A program made the position numbers and the translations under genes. Below the pieces are notes generated by a model that saw nothing but the letters and a program-made list of their open reading frames with translations, searched no databases and was not told the origin of the DNA. A stretch of 64,000 bases of DNA. Source: Acidobacteriota bacterium. GTDB lineage: Bacteria; Acidobacteriota; UBA6911; RPQK01; JANQFM01. The stretch spans positions 1,915 through 65,914 of the forward strand of contig JBFKLX010000003.1 of assembly GCA_041630155.1 (NCBI GenBank). The letters are read 5' to 3'. Below are positions 1-8,553 of the stretch, one piece after another (the stretch's first letter is position 1; each line of letters opens with the position of its first letter).

Positions 1-706
1 AAGAGGGCGTCCACACGCTTGATCTCGCCGTCGTACAGCTCCTCCAGGAGGGGACGATCCTCCGGCTGGAACTGAACCGAACCGACTGGCACGATTGCGC
101 CGTTGACGATGGCCCGCAAGGCCTCCCGCTCTTCGAACTCCGAAATGGGACGAGTCAGAAAAACGGACGGGGGGCGATAAGGTTGATGAGCCAATGTCGT
201 GTGGTACCAGAGGAAAAAAGGTCCTGCCCCCTCACGCGCCCCTTCCTTCTGCAACCAGTTGAAAAGCTCCTCTCCCGGCGGGTCACCGAAAAACTCTCGC
301 TCGACGGGTCCCATTCCCAGGTTGCGGAAGTAGGGTGAGAAACTGAAGAAGACGAGGTTGGGGACGCGGTAGTTCTCCTTCAGCAGGATTTTGGGCAGAG
401 TCAGCAAGTCCTCGGAACCGGTCTGATCGCGATTGTTGACGGCATGCGTGGGGGGATAGAGGCCCGACAGGATCGACACGACTCCGGGCGCCGTCCAGGC
501 CGAAGTCGAGTAGGCGTCTCGAAACACCGTGCCTCCTTTCGCCCACTCGTCGATGTTGGGGGTGATCGACGGGCTCCGGCCGTACACGCCGAAGCGGTCA
601 GCCCGGCAGGAGTCGATCGAAAAGATCAAGACGTTTTGAGCCATCGACGCAGAAGTACAGAGGACAGCCAGCAGAATCATCTGGAGCAATTGCTTGATCG
701 TCATCC
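1..706 (-). CDS. Sulfatase-family (alkaline phosphatase superfamily) protein, 3' end outside window; signal peptide plus Cys-type sulfatase motif C-R-A-D-R (CxAxR)
   Basis: Revcomp translation from ATG at 706: MTIKQLLQMILLAVLCTSASMAQNVLIFSIDSCRADRFGVYG... matches the sulfatase N-terminal signature (IDSxRADhxGcYG). ORF runs off the window edge, so it is absent from the ORF track. Confidence 0.6.
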
Positions 707-801
707 GGCCCAGGATAGCACGCACCCGATTAGCGGCTGCTGTCCGTCCACGGGGTGGGCCCGAGACCCTGAGACTGGCCCGGTTCGATGGGATTGGGGA
801 G

Positions 802-1380
802 CTAGGAAGGAGGCCGCGGCCGAGAGGATTCGAGGAAATTGTCACCGCCGATCACGAACGTCAAGAACCCCAGGGTCAGAAGTCCGGCCAAAGAGTTGAC
901 CATTGCATCGATCCAGCCAAAATGTCGTCTCTCGAGCATTCCTTGGATGGACTCGTCGCCCACTCCGATCAACGTCACGAGAGCCAGGGTCCAAGCATAA
1001 CGGGACCGCTCCCGGCATCGAAAGCTGACCGCCCGCAGCGTCAGCAAAGTCAGCGGGGCGTATTGGAAGAAATGGATCCGTTTGGCCGGCACTTCCAGTT
1101 GCCAGAGACAGAGGGCGGTGGTCAGAGCGATCAGAAGGAACGCCACCAGGGAGATCATGCGTCGCGAGGAGGCCTGAAACACCCACCCCATGAGCAGCAC
1201 CCCGGCGATCAAGAAGAGCGAGTTGATCGAGAGAGACATGCTGTCCCGTCCGATGCGCCGATAGATCGACATGTACACGTCGAAGGCCAGTGACAAGGTG
1301 CTGTAGAGAAACAGCGTGTAGAGGATCACCGCGATCCAGGCTCGACGCTCGGGAGAGAAGAATCCATTGTTTCCGGCCAT
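802..1380 (-). CDS. VanZ-like family membrane protein
   Basis: Internal ATG at 1380 (MAGNNGFF...) gives a 4-TM protein. C-terminal GDESIQGMLERRHFGWIDAMVNSLAGLLTLG fits the VanZ-like DE..Q...R.....D...N..G..G pattern. TAG stop at 802. Confidence 0.55.
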   Translation of the reverse strand: MAGNNGFFSPERRAWIAVILYTLFLYSTLSLAFDVYMSIYRRIGRDSMSLSINSLFLIAGVLLMGWVFQASSRRMISLVAFLLIALTTALCLWQLEVPAKRIHFFQYAPLTLLTLRAVSFRCRERSRYAWTLALVTLIGVGDESIQGMLERRHFGWIDAMVNSLAGLLTLGFLTFVIGGDNFLESSRPRPPS

Positions 1381-1629
1381 CGACTCCCAGCATAACAGCG
1401 GTGGGGAGGGACCTCGAAGAACCGAATGGCAAGAGGGAAGTCGACCCGCAGTCAGGGGACGAGCTTCCCGGTATCGGGATCGCCCGGGGTGACCAGACGG
1501 GACTGACGACCGGCTGGGAGTGTTCGAGAAGCGACCCCGATTCCGGCCGCTCTGTGTTAGGTTCCCAGTCGAACGCAAGGCGCCCCGCGATTTTCGGGTT
1601 TTCGACCCTACTCCAGAGGAGAGACTCAG

Positions 1630-2487
1630 GTGATGTTTCGAAGGCTGAATTCGGCGGCGAGCTCACTGACTGGTTTCCACTCGAGTCGAGCTCTGTCCTT
1701 CGGGACGGGACTCTGGCTCGTCACAATGACCTTGATGGCACAGCAGGAGCCGGCCCCGTGGGAGAAGACGCTGGAGGTGCGGGGCCGGCAGCTCTCGATC
1801 GTCTGCCGGGGTGAGGGCGCTCCCACTGTGATTCTGGAGAATGGTTACGGCTGGTCCACGACGATCTGGAACGGCATCGACCTGCGCATCGCCGAAGTCA
1901 CGCGCGTCTGTGCCTATGAGCAGCCGGGTCTGCAGCGATCGCCAGAGGGACCCCAACCGCGAACTGCGGGAGAAGTGGCTGACGACCTCGACTACCTGCT
2001 CACCCAGACCCAGGTGAAAGCCCCCTACCTGGTGGTGGGTCATTCGTTCGGCGGATTGGTCGCCCGCCTCTTTGCGGCCCGGCACCTCGACCGGATGGCG
2101 GGGCTGGTACTTCTGGACTCGCCCCACGAGGACATCTACGAAGAATTTGCCCGGGTGATGAAGGAAATTGGAAAGGACCCCACCGAAGCCCAAGGGACGC
2201 CTCAGATCGAGACCAGTTTAGATCAGATTCGAACAGAGGCCGAGTCATTGGACGACCTGCCTCTGGTCGTGATGGGCCACGGGAGGAACCGGCCCCGCCA
2301 GGGGTACACGGCGGACCAGGATGCCAAAATGGAAGCCGTCTGGTCCCTGCTCCAGCAACGCCTGGCCACGATTTCGAGGCAGGGTCGTTACGTCGAAGCG
2401 GAGAAGAGCGGGCATGTGATTTTCCAAGACCAGCCGGATTTGGTCGTCGAGGAAATCACCCGACTGGTCAGGCAGTCTCGCCAGTGA
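1630..2487 (+). CDS. Secreted alpha/beta hydrolase
   Basis: Signal peptide; nucleophile elbow GHSFGG; length 285 aa. Confidence 0.8.
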   Translation: MMFRRLNSAASSLTGFHSSRALSFGTGLWLVTMTLMAQQEPAPWEKTLEVRGRQLSIVCRGEGAPTVILENGYGWSTTIWNGIDLRIAEVTRVCAYEQPGLQRSPEGPQPRTAGEVADDLDYLLTQTQVKAPYLVVGHSFGGLVARLFAARHLDRMAGLVLLDSPHEDIYEEFARVMKEIGKDPTEAQGTPQIETSLDQIRTEAESLDDLPLVVMGHGRNRPRQGYTADQDAKMEAVWSLLQQRLATISRQGRYVEAEKSGHVIFQDQPDLVVEEITRLVRQSRQ

Positions 2488-2700
2488 CACAACCTGACCC
2501 CAACCGATCGGGTTCCCATCGACTTTGCCGGGGGGATCAGCGAAACCGTCCATCCTGACCTCGTATCTCACTTCCTGCCCGGCTCCAGGGACAGAGGCTT
2601 CCGTCTTCCCGCCTCACTCCTGATTACGGACTTCTTCCGGTCGCCCAGAATCCACGCAGCCGTCCTGTCATATGATGGCCCGACTCGGACAACTAAGAAG

Positions 2701-3288
2701 GTGAAAAGAAGAGGAGACCCGCTTTTGGGAGCGATGCGGCACGCTGACATTCTGGTGTTCCTGCAAGAGCATCATCGTTCCGCTTACGGGTGGGCGCTTC
2801 ACTGCTGTGCGGGAGACCGCTGGGATGCGGAAGGAGTCCTTCACGATGCGTACCTTCGCGTATTGCAGGGCGGAAAAGAGTTCCGGGGTGAGTCTCATCC
2901 CAAAACCTGGCTCTTCGCCCTCATTCGCATCACTGCAGCGCAGCGGCGGCGGCGCATTGTCCGGCGGATTCGGCTTCTCCAGACGAAGCTATGGCAGGGC
3001 TCCAGGGTGGCTCATGTTCAACCGGCCGAAGGGGCTCTCGAGAGGGCCCAGCTGCGGGAGCGACTGGAGGCCATGCTCAACCGACTGCCCACCCGCCAAC
3101 GGGAAGTGCTCCACCTGGTCTTTTACCAGGACCTTTCGCTGCGGGAAGTTGCAGAGGTGATGGGTGTTTCAATCGGTACGGTGCGGGTTCACTACCATCG
3201 CGGAAAGGCTGCCTTGCGGCGAGAGATCGAAGAATCGGGGCTAGGCCATGGAAGATCCTGGAAACAATCAAATCCGAAAACTGTTTGA
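2701..3288 (+). CDS. ECF-type RNA polymerase sigma-70 factor
   Basis: Region 2 (DAYLRVLQG...TWLFALIRI) and region 4 HTH (REVLHLVFYQDLSLREVAEVMGVSIGTVRVHYHRGKAALR). GTG start at 2701; alternative ATG at 2734 with GGGAG RBS. Confidence 0.8.
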   Translation: MKRRGDPLLGAMRHADILVFLQEHHRSAYGWALHCCAGDRWDAEGVLHDAYLRVLQGGKEFRGESHPKTWLFALIRITAAQRRRRIVRRIRLLQTKLWQGSRVAHVQPAEGALERAQLRERLEAMLNRLPTRQREVLHLVFYQDLSLREVAEVMGVSIGTVRVHYHRGKAALRREIEESGLGHGRSWKQSNPKTV

Positions 3289-3655
3289 AGAGCTTCGGGA
3301 AGACGACCGGGAGTCTGCCCCCTCCTTCGCACATGTACTGGAAGGGAGGCCGGCAAGATCGTCGCCCTTGCTTTCCGTCCCCGTGCGGGTGGCGGCCGTC
3401 CTGGCAGGCCTGGCTCTGCTGGTCGTCTCCTTCTGGGCGGTCCAAACTCTCACGGAAACACCCCGGGAGGTGGCCGCTCTCTCGGCCTGGCGGGCTCCTA
3501 CAGACTTCCTGCTCGTCCTGCCGGGAAGCGAGCTCCTGGGCCAGCCGCAAATCCTGGAGGGCCAGTTTTCGGCCTGGGGTTTCACTCCCGCCGAACCCGG
3601 AGCCGACGCCGAGACCGGGTCCCGGAAACAGAAGGAGGAACCAGAGAAGCGATGA
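3248..3655 (+). CDS. Putative anti-sigma factor (single-pass membrane protein)
   Basis: Immediately follows and overlaps the ECF sigma gene. 135 aa with one central TM helix (VAAVLAGLALLVVSFWAV). Call rests on position and architecture only. Confidence 0.5.
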   Translation: MEDPGNNQIRKLFEELREDDRESAPSFAHVLEGRPARSSPLLSVPVRVAAVLAGLALLVVSFWAVQTLTETPREVAALSAWRAPTDFLLVLPGSELLGQPQILEGQFSAWGFTPAEPGADAETGSRKQKEEPEKR

Positions 3656-4098
3656 ACAGAAGCATGATCGGAACAATCGTCTTTTTCCTGGCCTGGGTCG
3701 CACTGATGGCTCAGCAACCAGGCCCGGATCCCCTCCAGCGCTACTTGTTTCCCCCGGAGCTGGTGATGCGAAATCAAGAGACTCTGCGGCTGAGCGACGA
3801 GCAGCAAGAGGCCATCATCGCCCGCGTCCAACAGGCCCAACAGCAATTCACCAACTTCCAGTGGAAGTTGCAGCGCGAAGTGCAGCGGCTGGCCGCCTTG
3901 CTGCAGCGAGCTCGAGTCGATGAAGACGAACTGCTCGCACAGCTCGAAGAAGTGTTCGCTTTGGAGATCCAGATCAAGAAGACGCACCTGCTGCTGGTTG
4001 TCGGAATCAAGAATCTACTCACCCGGGAACAGCAGGAGCTGCTGCAGGCACTGAAGGCGAAATCGGATTCGCAACCAACCAAGGAGAAACAGAAATGA
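3652..4098 (+). CDS. Periplasmic LTXXQ-motif protein (Spy/CpxP-like)
   Basis: Signal peptide; helical; LSDEQQEAI and LTREQQELL motifs; 4-bp overlap with the preceding gene. Confidence 0.6.
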   Translation: MNRSMIGTIVFFLAWVALMAQQPGPDPLQRYLFPPELVMRNQETLRLSDEQQEAIIARVQQAQQQFTNFQWKLQREVQRLAALLQRARVDEDELLAQLEEVFALEIQIKKTHLLLVVGIKNLLTREQQELLQALKAKSDSQPTKEKQK

Positions 4099-4571
4099 GA
4101 AGAAGATTGCTATTTTCAATCGTGATGACGCTGGTCCTGGTCGGATCGAGTGCGCTGTCGGCCCAGCAACGAGTCTTCGGCGTGGAGGAGGGCGAAGAGG
4201 TCCAGCCTCCACTGCCGGTGCGGGTGGTTGCTGAATTCCTGGCCCTCTCGGAGGAGCAGCTCAGCCTCTGGGTGGAGCTGCGCGAGGAAACGCAACCCCA
4301 GTTGGAGATGCTCGGCCATGAGGTGAAAGCTCTGGAGCATCGCCTGCAAGAAGAGCTGGAATCCGAGGAACCGGCCGCTCCGATGATCGGGGTCCTGGTG
4401 CTCGAGATTCGAGCCCGGCGCGCCCAGTTCGAGACAATCTTTCGGACTCGTGCTGAGGACTTTGCGGAGGCGCTGGACGACGAACAGCGGGAGCGACTCT
4501 TCCTGATTCATCGCGCTGCCCAACTCCAGCCCCTGCTGCCGGCTTTTCGCCAGTTCGGACTCCTGCCCTGA
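4095..4571 (+). CDS. Periplasmic LTXXQ-motif protein (Spy/CpxP-like), paralogue of the previous gene
   Basis: Signal peptide; LSEEQLSLW and LDDEQRERL motifs; ATGA start/stop overlap with the upstream gene. Confidence 0.6.
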   Translation: MRRRLLFSIVMTLVLVGSSALSAQQRVFGVEEGEEVQPPLPVRVVAEFLALSEEQLSLWVELREETQPQLEMLGHEVKALEHRLQEELESEEPAAPMIGVLVLEIRARRAQFETIFRTRAEDFAEALDDEQRERLFLIHRAAQLQPLLPAFRQFGLLP

Positions 4572-4635
4572 CCGGACGAGGGGCTGCCGGGAGTCACTAG
4601 GCCCGGCTGCCACCGATCGACGTCACGTCAATGCC

Positions 4636-4667
4636 GGCGGGCGGGTTGCTCGATCCGCCCGCCTTTT
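4636..4667 (+). terminator. Rho-independent terminator-like hairpin after the LTXXQ operon
   Basis: GGCGGGCGGG-ttgctcgatcc-GCCCGCC followed by TTTT. Confidence 0.5.
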
Positions 4668-5039
4668 CCAGGCGCCCCTTGGCCTGCTCCGATTGCCTGC
4701 CTCGCCGCCGCACTGGCCTCTCCTGCTCACGTTCCCACCATTCCATCGCAAAAGATCCGGCTGCCCAGCCCCGGTCGCTCTGATCGCTTCGAATCCCGGT
4801 CCCCCGAATCTCATTCATTTGTGCTCAGGCCGAAGGCTCGGCCGGGGGAGAGCTGCAGCCAGGAATAGACTGGGATTTGGAACGCGCAGTGAGATAGGGA
4901 TGTTCGGTATTCCAGTTCTCGTCGTTTCTTCCTTCTTGAGAGCAGTATCGTTTGACAGCGAAGGACTGTCCGGTACCGCCGGCGGTGGTCGGGCCACTGC
5001 CGTGTTCGAACTCAACTATTCTCAACAGGAGGTATTCCC

Positions 5040-5258
5040 ATGGGAGATCATCCAGTCGTGCCGAATCTCGAGCCAATTCTTCGCTTCAACCCCAAGTGGT
5101 GGTGGGATCCGATTCCCCCGTGGTTGCTGGACCGCCTCGACCGGGCGGCCGTCGCCCAGCTCGCTTTGGCTCAGCTGGAACTACAGCGAACCGTGCTGGA
5201 AGGACAGCTGAAGGCCAATGAACGGACCATGGAGGTGATCAAGAGGTTCGGTCAGTAA
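5040..5258 (+). CDS. Small 72-aa protein, Trp/Pro-rich N-terminus (NPKWWWDPIPPWLL) and C-terminal amphipathic helix; candidate partner or substrate of the downstream radical SAM enzyme
   Basis: Strong SD AGGAGG 7 nt upstream of ATG; 48 nt upstream of the radical SAM gene, which has its own SD (AAGGAGGA). Confidence 0.5.
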   Translation: MGDHPVVPNLEPILRFNPKWWWDPIPPWLLDRLDRAAVAQLALAQLELQRTVLEGQLKANERTMEVIKRFGQ

Positions 5259-5306
5259 CCATCACCTCTTCCCTTCTTCCCGGCAGCCGGCTGCCAAGGA
5301 GGACCA

Positions 5307-6914
5307 ATGGAGAAGACAATCGTACTGGTTGGTTTCCAGGATCAGGGCAACCTTGGCATCGGCTACCTGGCGGCGGTATTGAGGCAACGGGGCCACCGGG
5401 TCGAGGTGGCGGATTTCCGCTCCGACCCGGAGGCCCTGCTGCGGTCGATCCGCGCGGCAAACCCGATATTGGTGGGCTTTTCCGTCATCTTTCAATACTT
5501 TCTCCCGGACTTTGCCAAGCTGGCGCAGCATCTCCGTGACGGGGGAATCGACTGCCATTTCACGGCTGGAGGACACTACCCCAGCCTGTGTCACGACGAA
5601 ACCCTTCAGGCCATGCCACAACTGGACAGCGTTGTGCGGTTCGAAGGGGAGTTCACGCTGCTCGAACTGGTGGAGTGCCTGGCTGCGGGCCGTCCGTGGA
5701 GTGAAATCCAGGGCCTCGCTTACTGCCACGAGGATGGGCGGATCCAGGCCACTGAACTGCGGCCGGCGATCCGCGATCTGGACGAGCTGCCCTACCCCTA
5801 TCGCTACTTCGAGCCGGAACAGGTGCTGGGCCGCCGGGCTGAGCCGATCCTGGCCAGCCGGGGTTGTGCTCGAACCTGCTCGTTTTGCTCCATTCACACG
5901 TTCTACCGCGCCGTGCCGGGCAAGATCGTTCGAACCCGGCGTCCCTCGAAAATCGTGGAGGAAATGAAGTTCGTCCACGAAACGCGCGGGATCACGGTGT
6001 TTCTGTTTCAGGACGACGACTTCCCGATGTGGGGAAAGGTGGGCCGGCGCTGGGTCACGGAACTGGCCGACGAGATCCACCGCCAAGGCCTGGCCGAAAA
6101 GGTCATCTGGAAGATCAGCTGCCGGGTCGACTACGTGGAGGCAGAGCTGTTCAGCCGCCTGAGGGATGCCGGCCTCTATCTGGTGTACATGGGCCTGGAA
6201 TCGGGCAACGAGGAAGGCCTCGAGGTTTTGCACAAGCAGGTCAGCGTGGCGCGCAACGAAGAAGCGGTGGCCATTCTGAAGGACATCGGTTTGATGTTCG
6301 AATATGGCTTCATGCTTTTCGACCCCTCGACCACCTTCGAGTCGATCCACTCCAACGTCACATTTCTGAGGCGGATCGTAGGCGACGGCAGCGCGGGGGC
6401 CGTCTTCTGCCGGATGCTGCCCTACGGGGGTACCCCGATCCGGGAACGCCTGGCTCGGGAGGGACGCCTCAAGGGCGATGTGGTCCGGCCCGATTACGAT
6501 TTTCTGGAGCCGGCGATGAACGGCTACTTTCATGCGCTCGACGAAGCCGTGCGGGGTTGGATACACGGGCATGGCGTGTCCCACCAGATCAACTGGGCCT
6601 GGCATGAAGTCGGAGTCATGGAGCGGCTCTTTCCGCCGCTCGGCGGCCTCACCGAATACCGGTCCTTTCTGCGAGAATTGACGCGCGAGAGTAATGGTGT
6701 GCTGTTCGATACGGTCGAGGAGAGCGCTTCGCTCTGGCAGCGGAACGGGCGGTCAGTGTTTCCGCAGGACGATCTGGACCGGACGGCGCGCGGCATCCTG
6801 CAACGCCTGCTGGAGAGCCGCAACGAATTCGTCGCGATGAATCAGAGGACCTTGCTCGCCACGCTGGCCAGCCAACGGATCGACGGACCCATCGTGTCTC
6901 CTCAGATCTTTTGA
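5307..6914 (+). CDS. B12-binding radical SAM protein (class B) with a long C-terminal extension, reminiscent of DUF4070
   Basis: N-terminal B12-binding Rossmann region; CARTCSFCS (Cx3Cx2C) radical SAM cluster motif; ~200-aa C-terminal extension; 535 aa. Confidence 0.8.
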   Translation: MEKTIVLVGFQDQGNLGIGYLAAVLRQRGHRVEVADFRSDPEALLRSIRAANPILVGFSVIFQYFLPDFAKLAQHLRDGGIDCHFTAGGHYPSLCHDETLQAMPQLDSVVRFEGEFTLLELVECLAAGRPWSEIQGLAYCHEDGRIQATELRPAIRDLDELPYPYRYFEPEQVLGRRAEPILASRGCARTCSFCSIHTFYRAVPGKIVRTRRPSKIVEEMKFVHETRGITVFLFQDDDFPMWGKVGRRWVTELADEIHRQGLAEKVIWKISCRVDYVEAELFSRLRDAGLYLVYMGLESGNEEGLEVLHKQVSVARNEEAVAILKDIGLMFEYGFMLFDPSTTFESIHSNVTFLRRIVGDGSAGAVFCRMLPYGGTPIRERLAREGRLKGDVVRPDYDFLEPAMNGYFHALDEAVRGWIHGHGVSHQINWAWHEVGVMERLFPPLGGLTEYRSFLRELTRESNGVLFDTVEESASLWQRNGRSVFPQDDLDRTARGILQRLLESRNEFVAMNQRTLLATLASQRIDGPIVSPQIF

Positions 6915-7135
6915 ACGGCGAGCCCGCTCGTCTGCCCAGCGGTCGATCCGAGAATTCTGGGCTCGATACATCTTGCGCCGGCGCTCTCTCTGGGCCACGC
7001 ATGGGAGCGATGGCGGTCTATGAGCGTGCTCTCACTCATGGCGGCACGACGAGCCGGCCTCCCCGTCCTTTCTCCAGCTCGATCCAACGGCCTGGTGGCC
7101 CTGCGAGCGCTCGAGACCTCGATTCCTGAGAATCT

Positions 7136-7227
7136 GGACAGGGTTACAGGATCTTCAGGATTTTGTTTCGAGTCCCGCGCGGGACCCCCTGGCGAGCCAA
7201 CTTGCCCAGCCAACTTGCCCTGTCCCC
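7136..7227 (+). repeat. Intergenic GC-rich inverted-repeat element (copy A): GGACAGGGTTACAGGATCTTCAGGATTTTG ... tandem AGCCAACTTGCCC x2 ... TGCCCTGTCCCC
   Basis: Core shared with copies at 18669-18749 and 42777-42797; the GGACAGGG and CCCTGTCC ends are reverse complements. Confidence 0.6.
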
Positions 7228-7287
7228 AATGCCCCCAATGGGGATTGAGTTTCCCCAAAGCCCTGCCATTCCCGCTCTGCGGAGGAA

Positions 7288-8253
7288 TCAGCGGCGCAAA
7301 CCCCGGAGAAACTCGGTCACAACCTCCTCGAATTTCTGAGGTTCCTCGAGGGGCGCGAAATGGCCGCTCTTTTCGAAGACCACGAACCGGGACCCCTCGA
7401 TGGCCTGGTGAGTTTCTGCCAGCCGTTCCGGGGGCAGGAGGTCGCTCCGACCGGCGATGAGCAGGACCGGGCAATGGATCTGGGGCAGCCTCGCCCGGGC
7501 GTCCCGCTGTGGGGTGTCGGGTCCGTTGGCGTAGTTCATGTGCCTCCAGCTCAAACCGGTGTCACGGTAGAGCGTGGGAAGAATCTGGCGTCCTTGCCCA
7601 GGGTCGGCGAACAGAAACGGAAACCAGGTCTCGATCACGAACCGGCGGTGTTTGAGCCTGAGTCCCTCCGGCGTCAAGCGCTCCGTGCTCAGCTGAGCTT
7701 GGTAGTTGGCGAAGGCTCGAATCATCTCGGGGCGTTCGCGCTCGACCCTTTCCTGGTCCTCTTCCGAGAAGTTGGCCGACGCGTGGAGGATGATTGCAGC
7801 CGCCACCGAATCCGGGTGTTCGGCCGTGAAGTGCAACAGGTTGATGCCGCCGTTGGACCACCCCAGGATCGGGACTTTGCCCAGGTCGAGGTGCCGGCGC
7901 AATGCCTCCAGATCAGTCCGGACGGCCGCCATCGAGAGATCCTCTTCCTGCATCGCCGGGGCAGAGCCTCCCATGCCGCGTGGGTCGAAATAGACCAGCG
8001 TGAAACTCTTTTCCAGGGGTCGGAAGAGGGCTCTCAAGCCCTGGTGGGTGAGGCCCCACGAGTTGGGCAAGATCATCAGCACGGGTCCTTGCCCGTGAAC
8101 GGCGTAATGAATGGTCGTCCCGTTCAGGTCGGCGTCGAACTCCCCCAGAGGCAGCGCGGCCGGAACCGGCTGGACGGAGGCGAGGGCACAGCTCAGGGTC
8201 AGGCTCAGGACAGCGGTGATCATCAGAGTCCCTTCTTGCACAATAGCGTACAC
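7288..8253 (-). CDS. Secreted alpha/beta hydrolase (prolyl aminopeptidase-like fold)
   Basis: Nucleophile elbow GWSNGG; signal peptide from the alternative start MITAVLSL (8223). Confidence 0.75.
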   Translation of the reverse strand: MYAIVQEGTLMITAVLSLTLSCALASVQPVPAALPLGEFDADLNGTTIHYAVHGQGPVLMILPNSWGLTHQGLRALFRPLEKSFTLVYFDPRGMGGSAPAMQEEDLSMAAVRTDLEALRRHLDLGKVPILGWSNGGINLLHFTAEHPDSVAAAIILHASANFSEEDQERVERERPEMIRAFANYQAQLSTERLTPEGLRLKHRRFVIETWFPFLFADPGQGRQILPTLYRDTGLSWRHMNYANGPDTPQRDARARLPQIHCPVLLIAGRSDLLPPERLAETHQAIEGSRFVVFEKSGHFAPLEEPQKFEEVVTEFLRGLRR

Positions 8254-8553
8254 GATCGAGGTTCAATGCTCGAATATCGTGCCGGGCGCCCCGGTCGCCC
8301 TGCCGGGACGATGGGCCTCCGCGGCGAGAGCCGAACCGCGGGCGGAGGAGTCCGTGAGACGGCGCTCGAGGTCCCGCACCAACCGAGGGCCGCGTTCGGG
8401 ATGAGTGCATCCAAACGGGTTTCTCATGGCCCGGCGCCTTCCGAACGGCTCGTCACACTTTTTCTCGAGTGCTGACCCTTGACTCCGATCTGTGTGGGTG
8501 TTTTTCTTGCTGTGGCCGGATCCATCTGGACGCGCCGAGTCGAGGAGGAAAGC

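Noticed and set aside
4685-4705. Sigma-54-like TGGCC...TTGC element upstream of the small ORF/rSAM pair
   Set aside because: GG-to-GC spacing is off by 1-2 nt from the strict -24/-12 consensus, unlike the perfect match at 38450.
4780-4800. tRNA-like TTCGAATCC (T-loop-like) sequence
   Set aside because: Flanking bases do not form a T-stem, and no acceptor or anticodon stem could be built around it.
5262-6605. 447-aa minus-strand ORF overlapping the B12-radical SAM gene
   Set aside because: Antisense shadow ORF; the plus-strand gene has B12-binding and CxxxCxxC motifs and a strong RBS.
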